Assembly (NCBI GenBank): GCA_028696995.1
Contig: JAQVFY010000002.1
Coordinates: forward strand, 2,647-66,646
DNA: 64,000 bases
Source of the DNA: Patescibacteria group bacterium
Lineage (GTDB): Bacteria > Patescibacteriota > Patescibacteriia > Patescibacteriales > UBA12465
Direction: 5' to 3'
Below are positions 44,378 to 53,844 of this stretch, piece by piece (position 1 is the first letter of the stretch; each line of letters begins with the position of its first letter). Position numbers and translations under genes: made by a program. Below the pieces are notes generated by a model. That model did no database searches, was not told where the DNA came from, and was given only the letters and a program-made list of their open reading frames with translations.

Positions 44378-45230
44378 TAAAAAACAAACGCTTGTCTTCT
44401 AAAAATAGTTTTATAATATTATCCTCTAAAACAACCCCCGAAGATTTGCCGGCCTGATTTTTTAATTCTCTAGGCATAATATTTAATTGAATTTTTTTTA
44501 ATATTTTTTCAATAAATCCAGGAGAAATAGTCTTAAATTCAAAAGGCGTAATACTTAATTGAAATGACTGGGAAAAATTTGGTAAATATTTTTTTAACCA
44601 AGAATTTTCTTGATAAAATTTGCTAAAAATATTTTTTTTATCATAAATAGGTTCTAATCCAACCAACCAATAAATAAAATAAAGATCCTTATCGTTTAAT
44701 AAATATTTTTCTAAATTTAAGTTATCAGAACTAATATAAAAACTAAGGCAAATTTTATCTTTCTTTGTTTTATGATTAGGTCTAAGATGTAAAATTTTAG
44801 CCAAAAAAGTACAAAAAAATCTAGTCAACCAAATTTTACCAGATTTCGTTATAATAAAAAAATCAATATCACTGCTTTCTCTTAAATTGTGATCACCAAT
44901 AATATTGGAAATTGCTACGCCAGAAACAGAAGGTATTTTCGATATTAATTTACTAAATTTCTTGGCTCGTTTTATTTTTTTCTTAAAATAATTAAAGCGC
45001 TTGAATCTTTCCTCTATTATATCTTCCCGCCCAGATAAATAATAAAGACCATTTTTGTTTTTTATCTTGTCTGAAAAATTTTCTAATTCTACAATCACAT
45101 CATTTAATTTACAGGAATAATTTATATATTTAAAAATTTCGAAAATGGTCAAAGGATGAGAAAATAAATCAAACCAAGTAATGGTTTTCAAAATTTCTGT
45201 TCTTAAGTTTTTATTTTTAATATTTTCCAT
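44340..45230 (-). CDS. Nucleotidyltransferase-fold protein, unknown substrate
   Basis: VSGVAISNIIGDHNLRESSDIDFFIIT fits the pol-beta-type NTase G[SG]...DxD pattern. It overlaps the downstream Wzy_C gene by 29-38 nt. Confidence 0.45.
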   Translation of the reverse strand: MENIKNKNLRTEILKTITWFDLFSHPLTIFEIFKYINYSCKLNDVIVELENFSDKIKNKNGLYYLSGREDIIEERFKRFNYFKKKIKRAKKFSKLISKIPSVSGVAISNIIGDHNLRESSDIDFFIITKSGKIWLTRFFCTFLAKILHLRPNHKTKKDKICLSFYISSDNLNLEKYLLNDKDLYFIYWLVGLEPIYDKKNIFSKFYQENSWLKKYLPNFSQSFQLSITPFEFKTISPGFIEKILKKIQLNIMPRELKNQAGKSSGVVLEDNIIKLFLEDKRLFFIDKYEENFRKNN

Positions 45231-45255
45231 CTACTTTTTATTATTCCGATATCTT

Positions 45256-45280
45256 TTGTCATCCCAATGAAAGTTGGAAT
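45256..45280. repeat. Short hairpin element TTGTCATCCCAAT-GAAA-GTTGGAAT
   Basis: Shares TTGTCATYCCA with 39487-39514. The stem is kept through partly compensatory changes (GC...GC versus AT...GT). Confidence 0.45.
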
Positions 45281-45316
45281 CCGGCTTTTACTAGGGGTAA
45301 TAAGTAAGGAATAGCT

Positions 45317-46402
45317 TTAGTTCTTCGGTCTATCTATCTCCAAAATTTCTACTTCCGATTTTTTATCAGTAATACGAGCTACATCTTTGTCTATTTTTTT
45401 AAACTCTTTATAGGCACTATTATAATGATTAACAGTAGTGGACATGCTATTTCCTAATTTCTTCATAAAATCATCATAGCTCAATAAATGCCGACTTAAA
45501 TTTTCCACATTTTTCCTAATATTTTTAGCCCCCTCTTCGATTTGTAAAGCACGCAAACCCTGTAAAATAGTTTGTAAATAGGCGGCGAAAGTTGTAGGAG
45601 AAACGATGATTACTCTTTTTTCACCAAAAGCATAATCAACTAAACTGCGAGTATTAACCTTAACAGCTCCGACTTCATTTATCAATAAATCATAATAAAT
45701 AGCCTCAGCTGGAATAAACATTAAAGCAAAGTCCATGGTCCCCTCCTTAACTCGAATATATTTAGAAGTTTCGTCAATTCTCTTTTTTAGATCATTGCGA
45801 AATTCCTTTTCTAAAATTGCTTTTTTATCAACGTCATCTTCACTTAAAATTCGATTATAATTATCTAGTGAAAACTTGGCATCAACAGGGATAAGCCCCT
45901 CTTTAGTAGTAATAACAGCATCAACAATATCTCCATCCTTAAATTGATACTGCAAAGTATAGGCAGTTGGGGGTAAAATATTCTCTAAAACCAATTTTAA
46001 TCCCGCCTCACCTAAATTTCCTCGCTTTTTCTGATTAGTCAAAACTTTTTCTAAATTATTTAATTGCTGAGAAAAACCAACAACCTGTTTATTAGTCTCA
46101 TCTAATTTAGTTAGTTTTTCAGTAATTTCAGAAATTAATTTAGATGATTGATTAGAAATACCTTGAATTAATTGACTAGATTTATAAGAGCTTTCTTGAT
46201 TAGCTTTATGAGTCTCACTTAGTTTCCGATCTAATTCTTGACGCAGGTTTTCATTTTGTCGACTAAGTTCACTTAGCTTTTCTGCTAAAACTAATAATTT
46301 CTCATCGGATTTACCACCTGAGGCATTTTTGAAAAATAAGTAAATCAAAAAACCTATTCCTAAAACTAGAAGAATTAATAAAAAGATAGCAAAACTAGTC
46401 AT
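45317..46402 (-). CDS. rmuC: DNA recombination protein RmuC
   Basis: N-terminal TM helix, long coiled coil, and a C-terminal RmuC region (FALMFIPAEAIYYDLL, VIIVSPTTFAAYLQTI). Confidence 0.85.
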   Translation of the reverse strand: MTSFAIFLLILLVLGIGFLIYLFFKNASGGKSDEKLLVLAEKLSELSRQNENLRQELDRKLSETHKANQESSYKSSQLIQGISNQSSKLISEITEKLTKLDETNKQVVGFSQQLNNLEKVLTNQKKRGNLGEAGLKLVLENILPPTAYTLQYQFKDGDIVDAVITTKEGLIPVDAKFSLDNYNRILSEDDVDKKAILEKEFRNDLKKRIDETSKYIRVKEGTMDFALMFIPAEAIYYDLLINEVGAVKVNTRSLVDYAFGEKRVIIVSPTTFAAYLQTILQGLRALQIEEGAKNIRKNVENLSRHLLSYDDFMKKLGNSMSTTVNHYNSAYKEFKKIDKDVARITDKKSEVEILEIDRPKN

Positions 46403-46441
46403 ATTTTTATTATTGGAAAAAATAAAATTAAAAAATAAAAA

Positions 46442-46756
46442 TTATTCCCAATTAAATTTAATGTTATTGGCTTTTTCTAAAATATCAATCATAAAAGAAA
46501 CCGAAGCATTGCCACCTTTTTTTAAAATCATCTTGTCGGGAAATTTTTTAAAAATCGGAACTAAAAATTCATCCCCCCAAGAAGGTGAAATAGAGGCCAA
46601 ATCTGAAAAATCAATATAGATTTTATCTTTCTTGTTGTAATTTTCTAAATTAGAAGAAAAAGCCATCAGAGCCTCGCGACCGGATTGTCTAGAATTTAAA
46701 ATAATGCCAAATTTTTTTAATTCAATAATCATATTTTTAAAAATTAATTTTTGCAA
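46442..46756 (-). CDS. Small STAS-like protein (DUF4325-like)
   Basis: About 96-104 aa. IIELKKFGIILNSRQSGREA...IYIDFSDLASISPSWGDEFLVPIFKKF fits the STAS-like small-partner pattern, from recollection. Alternative start ATG 46732. Confidence 0.5.
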   Translation of the reverse strand: MQKLIFKNMIIELKKFGIILNSRQSGREALMAFSSNLENYNKKDKIYIDFSDLASISPSWGDEFLVPIFKKFPDKMILKKGGNASVSFMIDILEKANNIKFNWE

Positions 46757-47462
46757 AACATCCTCTAAAATATTTCTTAGCTTTTTTTATTTTTACTTCC
46801 TTGTTTTTGTCATCTAGCGCTAAATAAGCTTGTCCACTTTGAAAATATAAACTTATTTTACTGTCCACTACAACATTTTTAACAAATTTTAAACCATTGC
46901 CCCGACTTTCGGGAGATCGACCTGAAATAACTTCAGTAAAAGCTTTTTCTAAGGCCATAAAATCATCGGACAAATCTAAAATAACCTTTCTCAAACTAGA
47001 AAAAATTCCTTGCCCCTTATCAATTAAAAAAAATTCTCTTTTTTCTAAATCATAAGCAAAAAATATTCCTACTGCCTGAGGCCAATTTCCAATATTGTGA
47101 TCAAAGGAATTATTACCAATTTCGCCCACAACTGCCAAAATTAAAGAAATTAAATTTTCATCAATTTTTAATCTATTTAATTCTGATTGTAATTTATAAA
47201 GTCGTCCTTGAAAAATATAGGAATCCGGACAATAGAACAAAGTATTTGGACAAATATCTGAATTATCATTCATCCATTTCTGAGCAAAAAAATCAATATT
47301 TTTCAATAAAAAACTCTCCAATTGTAAAAAATCATAACGACGATGACTTCCTTTCTTTGGATTAATTGGTTTTATTTTACCGGCCTTTTCCCATCTTCTG
47401 AGAGTATCAGGATTCACTCCCAAGAAATCGGCAGCCTCATTTATTTTTAATTCTTTATTCAT
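46737..47462 (-). CDS. MerR/excisionase-type HTH fused to GHKL (histidine-kinase-like) ATPase domain
   Basis: HTH: LKINEAADFLGVNPDTLRRWEKAGKIKPI. Bergerat-fold motifs: GEIGNNSFDHN (N box), IDKGQGI (G1), SRGNGLKFV (G2). 241 aa. Confidence 0.65.
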   Translation of the reverse strand: MNKELKINEAADFLGVNPDTLRRWEKAGKIKPINPKKGSHRRYDFLQLESFLLKNIDFFAQKWMNDNSDICPNTLFYCPDSYIFQGRLYKLQSELNRLKIDENLISLILAVVGEIGNNSFDHNIGNWPQAVGIFFAYDLEKREFFLIDKGQGIFSSLRKVILDLSDDFMALEKAFTEVISGRSPESRGNGLKFVKNVVVDSKISLYFQSGQAYLALDDKNKEVKIKKAKKYFRGCFAKINF

Positions 47463-47468
47463 ATTAAT

Positions 47469-47497
47469 ATTATATCATAGTCGCAAAATCTATGCAA
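47469..47497 (-). promoter_or_regulatory. Promoter of the HTH-GHKL gene, geometry implies a leaderless mRNA
   Basis: Minus strand: TTGCAT (47497-47492), 17 nt ending in TGA, TATAAT (47474-47469). Only 6 nt (ATTAAT) lie before ATG 47462 and there is no SD. Confidence 0.45.
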
Positions 47498-47523
47498 GAT
47501 GACAAATTTTAAAATAGCATAAT

Positions 47524-47541
47524 TTAGCTAATTTTAGCTAA
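47524..47541. promoter_or_regulatory. Two 8-bp palindromes TTAGCTAA spaced 10 bp apart (operator-like)
   Basis: TTAGCTAA at 47524-47531 and 47534-47541, upstream of the HTH-GHKL promoter. Confidence 0.35.
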
Positions 47542-47584
47542 AAAGTGTATTTTATGGTTAAAAGTAATCTTAAAAAATCTATGC

Positions 47585-47616
47585 AAAAAAGAGGCCTATT
47601 TTCAAGCCTCTTTTTA
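47585..47616 (-). terminator. Intrinsic terminator of gyrA
   Basis: AAGAGGC (47589-47595) pairs with GCCTCTT (47606-47612). T-runs are present on both strands. Confidence 0.7.
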
Positions 47617-47638
47617 CTATTTTACAAAGCTCTAAATC

Positions 47639-50600
47639 CTAAACGTAAGTAACACTAGCCACGCAGTCATTTGCGTCTTTAAAGCGCATAATGCGGACTC
47701 CCTGGGTATCACGGCCCAATTCATTAACTGACTTATATGGCAAACGAATAACCTGCCCCTTATCGGAAATAATTATCAAATCCTTACCCTCCATGTTGTC
47801 CTTATTTATCACAAAGGCGTTACTAATTTTTCCGGTTTTATCGGTAACCTTAGCAGTACGAATACCACTGCCTCCACGACCCTGTAATTTATATAAATCC
47901 AAATCAGTTCTTTTTCCATAACCTTGATCCATAATAGTTAAAATCTGATAACTACGCTTAACTCCTTTTTCAACTTTTATAACCCCCATCCCAACAACAA
48001 TATCTCCCTTTTTCAATTTAATACCACGAACACCCGAAGCATTACGACCCATGTCACGCACCTCTTTTTCAGCAAAACGAATAGCTTGCCCATTGGCACT
48101 TATCAAACTAATATGGTCAGATCCAGAAGTTGGCTTACACCAAATCAATTTATCATCATTTTTTATCTTAATCGCTATCAAACCACTACGTCGGACATTA
48201 GAGAAAGCATTAATTTGTACTTTTTTAACTAAACCTTGTTCAGTAGCAAAGAATAAATAATTATAGGCAGCTATTTTATCCAAAGGTAAAATAGAGGTAA
48301 TTTTTTCTCCGCCAATTAATTGCAAGAAATTAACAATTGGAGTTCCCTTGGCGGTGCGAGAGGCCTGAGGAATTTCATGAGCTTTTAATTGAAAAACTCG
48401 ACCCTTGGTGGTAAAAAATAATATATCATTATGAGTTTGAGTAATAAACATGAAATCGACGCTATCCTCTTCTTTGGTGGTCAAACCAATAACACCCTTA
48501 CCTCCACGAGCTTGGACCTTAAAAGTATCAGGGTCTAAACGTTTAATATAGCCATCACGAGTCATCATTACCATTGTTTCTTCGTTTGGAATCAAATCTT
48601 CAACATTAAAACTCTTAACTCCATGAGCTACCACTTGGGTACGACGTTCATCACCAAATTTCTCTCCCAATTCTGTAATCTCAGTTTTAATAATATTTCT
48701 AATCTTGGCCTTAGAAGCTAAAATAGCTTCTAATTCTTTAATCAATTTTAATTTTTCCTTTAACTCATCCTCAATTTTAATCCTTTCCAAATTAGCCAAA
48801 CTTTGCAATCTCATCTCCAAAATAGCTATAGCCTGTCTTTCAGATAATTTAAATTTCTTTATCAAATTTTCTTTAGCTACATCCTTATCTTTAGATGCCT
48901 TAATAACTTTAATAACCTCATCAATATTTTTTAAAGCAATCATCAAGCCCTCTAAAATATGGGCCCTATCTTTGGCTTTATTTAATTCAAATTCAGTACG
49001 ACGATAAACTACTTCTTGGCGATGTTTAATATATTCCTCTAAAACCATTTTCAAAGTCAAAACCTTGGGCTGAATTCCATCAATCAAAGCTAACATATTA
49101 ACATGAAAAGTGCTTTGCAAAGCAGTGTTTTTATACAAACTATTTAATATTTTCTTAGGATAAGAATCTTTTTTAAGATCTAAAACAATGCGAACCCCTT
49201 CTTTATCAGACTCATCACGCAAACCCTTAACTCCGTCTAATTTTTTATCTTTAACCAAGTCGGCAATTTTTTCTACTAAGGTTGCCTTATTAACTTGATA
49301 AGGAATTTCGGTAATAATTATTTGAAAATTACCATTTTTATCTTCTTTAATATCAGCTCGACCACGACAAACTATTCCCCCTTTGCCGGTAGCATAAGCA
49401 TTTAAAATATCTTTTTTATCATAAATAATTCCACCAGTTGGGAAGTCCGGCCCCTTAACATGTTCCATTAAGTCTTCTACTGTAGATTCTGGTTTATCAA
49501 TCAATAAGTTTATAGCTCCAATCAATTCACTTAAATTATGAGGAGGAATATTAGTAGACATACCGACAGCAATTCCCATGCCTCCATTTAATAATAGGTT
49601 AGGTAATTTCGCTGGCAAAACCTGAGGCTCTTTTTGTGAACCGTCGTAATTAGGTATAAAATTAACGGTATTTTTATCAATATCAAATAATAATTCCTCA
49701 GTAATAGCTGATAATTTAGCCTCGGTATTATGATTTATGAAGCCATTAGCTATAAAGGAATGACAAGGGCTATCAACTTTAATAGAAAAAACATTTTCCT
49801 TGTCTTTCAAATTTTCCTTTGACTTAACTTGATTGAAAAAGTAATTATTCTTTAATAAATAATCAATCATTTTTAAATCTGAAGAATTTAAGATGCTCTT
49901 TAATTGATTATAATTTTTTCTTAAACTATTATAACGATCAAAATTGTTCTCAACTATAAAACTATTTTTATAATTTGATCTTAAATAATTATTTAAAAAT
50001 GGAATAAAGTCATTATGACTCAAGCGAGTAGTATTGATTTCCGAGATCTTAGATAAAATTCCTCTTTTACGTTGAGAAAAAAAGTTAATGTTTTTTTGAA
50101 AATTTACAATACTATCAACTCCGGAAATTATTAATTTATAGCAAGCATTTCTCTTATCCTGATAAGGAGAAGTAGTAACTACACCAAAATTCAATAAAAC
50201 TGTTTTTAATTGACTGATAAGTTTCTTGCTTTTAGAATTATAAGTCAGCTCAATAGACTGACCTGAATGTCTTTTGTCTTTTTTAAAAGAAACAGAACCA
50301 TCTCCCTCAAATAATGCTTGCAAAAAAGAAGAAATAACTACTCGGCTAGACATTAAAACAGAAAAAGGAATTTCCTTTGCGTCAGATTTTTTAGAAGACA
50401 ATCCAATTTCTTTCAAAAACTCAACAATATTTTTTTCATAAATACAAAGTTCTGGACAATTACCCTTTAAAATTCTTTCATATAATTTAACTTCCGGAAA
50501 TTGCTGAGAAATTATATTTTTAACTTTATTATAAAAATCTTTATCGGAATTACAAAAGAAAAATTTATTTTGATGATAAGACCCTTCTGACACTAAAGCT

Positions 50601-51565
50601 CCTAAAAGAAAAGCTAAGTCTTTAGTCATCTTTTTAGGTAGAGTAATTTTTTTACTCTTAATATTTTCTAAAGGATAAAATTTTTCTAAATCCAAATCAT
50701 CTTTAGAAAATAAAGACGCTCCTCGACTTAAAGGTAAATAATCATTTTTATTAATATTTTCTAAGGTTTTCCAATAAAAATAGGGTTGACCAAATTCGTT
50801 TAAGCCCCACAATAATAGAGGATGATTATATGAACCACGAATTTCATAACCCTGCTCAGTGCTTATTTTTACAATCTCATGCTTGCCAGAATTAAAAAAT
50901 TTAATAGCTGGTTTTATTTTCCCTTGATAATTTAAAATATTTATCTTTATTTTCTCTTCACTTTTTTTGGATAATGAATTTATTTCTACTAGACCTCGAT
51001 CAGTTAAAAGTAGCGTATCGCCAGTAATACAATACCTCATCGCCGCCGCACTATCACCGTCCATAGAACCAAAGTTTCCTTGACCCCGAACCAGCGGATA
51101 ACGCATCGAAAAGTCCTGCGCCATACGAACCATAGAATCATAAACAGCACTATCGCCATGAGGATGATATTTACCTAAAACTTCTCCAACCACTGTAGCT
51201 GATTTACGAAATTTAGCATTGGCCTTTAAACCAATATCCCACATCGCATACAAAATACGACGATGAACCGGTTTCATACCATCACGAGCATCCGGCAAGG
51301 CTCGAGAAACAATAACACTCATAGCATAATCCAGATAAGATGAGCTCATTTCTTCACTAATAGATTGATTTTGCACAACGCCAAATTCAGTTTGACGACG
51401 ACCATTACCATTTGTTTCTGTCGACTCTTCAATTGGATTATTTTCAACAACATCCTCAGAAATATCTTTAGAAATTTCCTTATCAGTACTCTTAGAAATA
51501 TCTTTTTTAGCTGGCTTAGCTGAATTATCAGCTATAGTCTTCTTATTTTTATCTGATTTCTTCAT
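47639..51565 (-). CDS. gyrA: DNA gyrase subunit A, interrupted by an in-frame intein
   Basis: Extein motifs [32 protein letters not shown] and AAMRY then TEAKLS, plus C-terminal beta-pinwheel repeats. 1308 aa including the 435-aa intein. The N-terminal extension of about 65 aa is K/E/S-rich. Confidence 0.95.
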   Translation of the reverse strand: MKKSDKNKKTIADNSAKPAKKDISKSTDKEISKDISEDVVENNPIEESTETNGNGRRQTEFGVVQNQSISEEMSSSYLDYAMSVIVSRALPDARDGMKPVHRRILYAMWDIGLKANAKFRKSATVVGEVLGKYHPHGDSAVYDSMVRMAQDFSMRYPLVRGQGNFGSMDGDSAAAMRYCITGDTLLLTDRGLVEINSLSKKSEEKIKINILNYQGKIKPAIKFFNSGKHEIVKISTEQGYEIRGSYNHPLLLWGLNEFGQPYFYWKTLENINKNDYLPLSRGASLFSKDDLDLEKFYPLENIKSKKITLPKKMTKDLAFLLGALVSEGSYHQNKFFFCNSDKDFYNKVKNIISQQFPEVKLYERILKGNCPELCIYEKNIVEFLKEIGLSSKKSDAKEIPFSVLMSSRVVISSFLQALFEGDGSVSFKKDKRHSGQSIELTYNSKSKKLISQLKTVLLNFGVVTTSPYQDKRNACYKLIISGVDSIVNFQKNINFFSQRKRGILSKISEINTTRLSHNDFIPFLNNYLRSNYKNSFIVENNFDRYNSLRKNYNQLKSILNSSDLKMIDYLLKNNYFFNQVKSKENLKDKENVFSIKVDSPCHSFIANGFINHNTEAKLSAITEELLFDIDKNTVNFIPNYDGSQKEPQVLPAKLPNLLLNGGMGIAVGMSTNIPPHNLSELIGAINLLIDKPESTVEDLMEHVKGPDFPTGGIIYDKKDILNAYATGKGGIVCRGRADIKEDKNGNFQIIITEIPYQVNKATLVEKIADLVKDKKLDGVKGLRDESDKEGVRIVLDLKKDSYPKKILNSLYKNTALQSTFHVNMLALIDGIQPKVLTLKMVLEEYIKHRQEVVYRRTEFELNKAKDRAHILEGLMIALKNIDEVIKVIKASKDKDVAKENLIKKFKLSERQAIAILEMRLQSLANLERIKIEDELKEKLKLIKELEAILASKAKIRNIIKTEITELGEKFGDERRTQVVAHGVKSFNVEDLIPNEETMVMMTRDGYIKRLDPDTFKVQARGGKGVIGLTTKEEDSVDFMFITQTHNDILFFTTKGRVFQLKAHEIPQASRTAKGTPIVNFLQLIGGEKITSILPLDKIAAYNYLFFATEQGLVKKVQINAFSNVRRSGLIAIKIKNDDKLIWCKPTSGSDHISLISANGQAIRFAEKEVRDMGRNASGVRGIKLKKGDIVVGMGVIKVEKGVKRSYQILTIMDQGYGKRTDLDLYKLQGRGGSGIRTAKVTDKTGKISNAFVINKDNMEGKDLIIISDKGQVIRLPYKSVNELGRDTQGVRIMRFKDANDCVASVTYV
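49727..51031 (-). mobile_element. GyrA intein with LAGLIDADG homing-endonuclease domain, inserted after the catalytic Tyr
   Basis: Residues 179-613 start [11 protein letters not shown] directly after AAMRY and end FINHN directly before TEAKL. LAGLIDADG blocks are [14 protein letters not shown] and [12 protein letters not shown]. Boundary codons were verified on the sequence (TGT at 51031-51029, AAT at 49729-49727). Confidence 0.9.
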
Positions 51566-51618
51566 TTTTATATAAAATTAAATTTATTAATAAAACTATT
51601 TTGATATTATTCTTTATT

Positions 51619-52113
51619 TTATTCTCCGAGCTTTTTTTCCAATTCTTCAATCCTTTTTTTTAATTCCTTAATAGCTTGGTCACTCTCATCAAGCTCGGGA
51701 TATAAAATTGGATCGGAAGAACTACTATTTTTGTCGTCTATTACTTCATCGGTACTAGAGGCTGTGGTGCTAGCACTTTCATTTTCAATTTTATAATTAA
51801 GAGCCTCAATTATTTTTCCTAAATCATCATCGTTCAACGAGGCCTCTTCTTCTAATTTCGGCTCCTCGGCTTTTTCCAACAAAGATGAAAACTCGGAAAA
51901 AGCTAAATTCATTTTTTCTCCCGAATTAGAAACTCCCATGCTATCTAGGTCATCAGAAAAAGCAACACTTTTAGAAAAAACGTTTTTAATATTAATTGAC
52001 CAAACAACAAAAAAAGAGAGAGTAACCACTATTACAAAAAGCATCAACCAAAAACGACTATCTCGTTCTTTTATAATACCCTTTAATTTCTGTTTCCAGT
52101 TTTTGCCTTTCAT
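51619..52113 (-). CDS. Hypothetical membrane-anchored acidic protein
   Basis: One TM helix (FWLMLFVIVVTLSFFVVW), then an acidic/Ser-rich region and a terminal coiled-coil-like IKELKKRIEELEKKL. It lies between ndk and gyrA. Confidence 0.45.
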   Translation of the reverse strand: MKGKNWKQKLKGIIKERDSRFWLMLFVIVVTLSFFVVWSINIKNVFSKSVAFSDDLDSMGVSNSGEKMNLAFSEFSSLLEKAEEPKLEEEASLNDDDLGKIIEALNYKIENESASTTASSTDEVIDDKNSSSSDPILYPELDESDQAIKELKKRIEELEKKLGE

Positions 52114-52166
52114 TTTATTATTTTTATTAACTAATAATTATAAATTATAGAAAAGGTTATATACGA

Positions 52167-52775
52167 TTATTCTTTAATACCGTCCAAATTAATATCATAT
52201 AATATTTGTTCTGATACTAAACGATATTTTAAAATTTCTTCATCATTAAACCACAACTTTATTTCTCTCTGAGCCTCTTCCGGTGAATCAGAACAATGAA
52301 TTAAATTGCGCACAGCTCGACTATCTAAATTTGATAATTCATAAGAATCCAAAGTTAAGTCTCCACGAATAGTACCAACATCAGAAGTGGTTGGTTCAGT
52401 TCCTCCCACAATCTTTTTAACAATAGCTACGGCTTGATTACCCTCAAAAATCATCGGAACTATTGGACCACAGGTCATAAATTTTACCAAGGCTCCAATA
52501 ATATCACGGCCATATTCAATAGCCTCTTTTTCTATCGGCATACCAGATTTTTCCATATTCTCTAAAACTTTCTGCCCTTTCTCTAAAAACCATTTTTCAT
52601 CTTTATTATAATGTTTCCAACATTGATCATCGTTGGCTATAATCATTTTCATAGCAGTCATTTTCAAACCAGTTCGCTCAATTCTAGAGATCAATTCACC
52701 GACTAGAGTTCTTTGAACAGCATCGGGCTTTAAAATTACAAAAGTTTGCTCTTTTTTAGGATTAACTGTACTCAT
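52167..52775 (-). CDS. ndk: Nucleoside diphosphate kinase (long form with internal insertions)
   Basis: TFVILKPDAVQR, GTIRGD, NLIHCSDS (active-site His). Track ORF trimmed to ATG 52775 (MSTVNPKK). About 202 aa. Confidence 0.85.
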   Translation of the reverse strand: MSTVNPKKEQTFVILKPDAVQRTLVGELISRIERTGLKMTAMKMIIANDDQCWKHYNKDEKWFLEKGQKVLENMEKSGMPIEKEAIEYGRDIIGALVKFMTCGPIVPMIFEGNQAVAIVKKIVGGTEPTTSDVGTIRGDLTLDSYELSNLDSRAVRNLIHCSDSPEEAQREIKLWFNDEEILKYRLVSEQILYDINLDGIKE

Positions 52776-52877
52776 ATTTTTTCTATTAATGTTATTAAAA
52801 TATTTCTTTTTAAATCTTTTTAATTTCTGATTATCAGAGAAAAATCTTAAAAACAATATTTATTAATTATTTTTATT

Positions 52878-53522
52878 TTAAATATTAAAAACTATTAAAC
52901 GCATGTCTTCAGTCGGTAAATCTTTTTTATTTATTTTTAATTTATCTTCATAGTTTGGCTCAATGCCTAACTCTTTAATAAATTTATCAACTCCTTCAAT
53001 GTCTATTTTTAAATCCTTAGTCTTGTAGTGCATCGGAATAACAATACGTGGCTCAATTTGAGAAATAACTTCAACTGCCTTCTTAGCATCAATAGTATAT
53101 TTACCTCCCACTGGAATAAATAATATATCTACGCCCCCTAATTTTTCTAACTGCTTATTATCCAAAACATCTCCCAAATCTCCCAGGTGAGCCAAGCTAA
53201 GTCCCTCAATATCAAAACGAAAAATAATATTGTCTCCACGATCAGATCCTTGTTTATCATCATGATAAGAACGGACCCCTTCAATAATAACACCAGAAAT
53301 ATCAAACTCTCCAGCTGTATCAACTACAAAAGGTTTGCCTCGCAAAGAAGAAACGTTATTATGATCATGATGATCATGACTAACAGAAACGATATCAGCC
53401 TCGATATTAGGCACCTTTAAACCAATTTCCTTAGTAAAGGGATCAGTGATAATGCTAATATTTTTATCACTTATTTTTTCCTCTATTTTAAAACAAGAAT
53501 GACCGAGCCAAGTAATATTCAT
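52878..53522 (-). CDS. Metallo-beta-lactamase-fold hydrolase (UPF0173-like)
   Basis: MNITWLGHSCFKIE, SHDHHDHNN and IPMHY in a 214-aa protein. Confidence 0.8.
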   Translation of the reverse strand: MNITWLGHSCFKIEEKISDKNISIITDPFTKEIGLKVPNIEADIVSVSHDHHDHNNVSSLRGKPFVVDTAGEFDISGVIIEGVRSYHDDKQGSDRGDNIIFRFDIEGLSLAHLGDLGDVLDNKQLEKLGGVDILFIPVGGKYTIDAKKAVEVISQIEPRIVIPMHYKTKDLKIDIEGVDKFIKELGIEPNYEDKLKINKKDLPTEDMRLIVFNI

Positions 53523-53749
53523 ATAATAAAAATTTAAAAATAAATTATTTTAAGAAATACTAGATTGACAAAAAGGCAATCTAAAATTATTGTTAAGAAT
53601 ATTATTTTAAAGACAAAAAGCCAATTTTTATTAGCCTTTTATTGACTGAAAACTCCTTTAAATTAGGCTGAAATTAACTATTTGAATCTGTCTAGTCAGC
53701 GCTGATTGAAAGGGTAAAATAATATAAAATAAATAATATTTCTATAATA

Positions 53750-53778
53750 ATTATAGCAAAAAATGAAATGGTGGTCAA
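53750..53778 (-). promoter_or_regulatory. Consensus-like promoter firing toward the MBL/ndk/gyrA gene string
   Basis: Minus strand: TTGACC (53778-53773), 17 nt ending in TGC, TATAAT (53755-53750). The next start codon downstream is 53522, implying a leader of about 220 nt. Confidence 0.5.
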
Positions 53779-53785
53779 TGATATA

Positions 53786-53819
53786 AAAATAAAAAAGTGC
53801 CTGATTGCTCAAGCACTTG
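53786..53819 (-). terminator. Intrinsic terminator of CDS 53845..54993
   Basis: Minus strand: AAGTGC...GCACTT stem followed by TTTTTTATTTTT. The GC palindrome GGGGCCCCTTGGGGGG lies just upstream. Confidence 0.6.
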
Positions 53820-53844
53820 GGGGCCCCTTGGGGGGACGGAAACT

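Noticed and set aside
47691-49007. Short plus-strand ORFs inside gyrA (47691..47921, 48051..48260, 48705..49007), with similar ones inside gyrB, murE, ftsK, the M16 peptidase, argS, tyrS and the 61794 gene
   Set aside because: They are antisense to strongly supported genes and give low-complexity translations. None has start signals.
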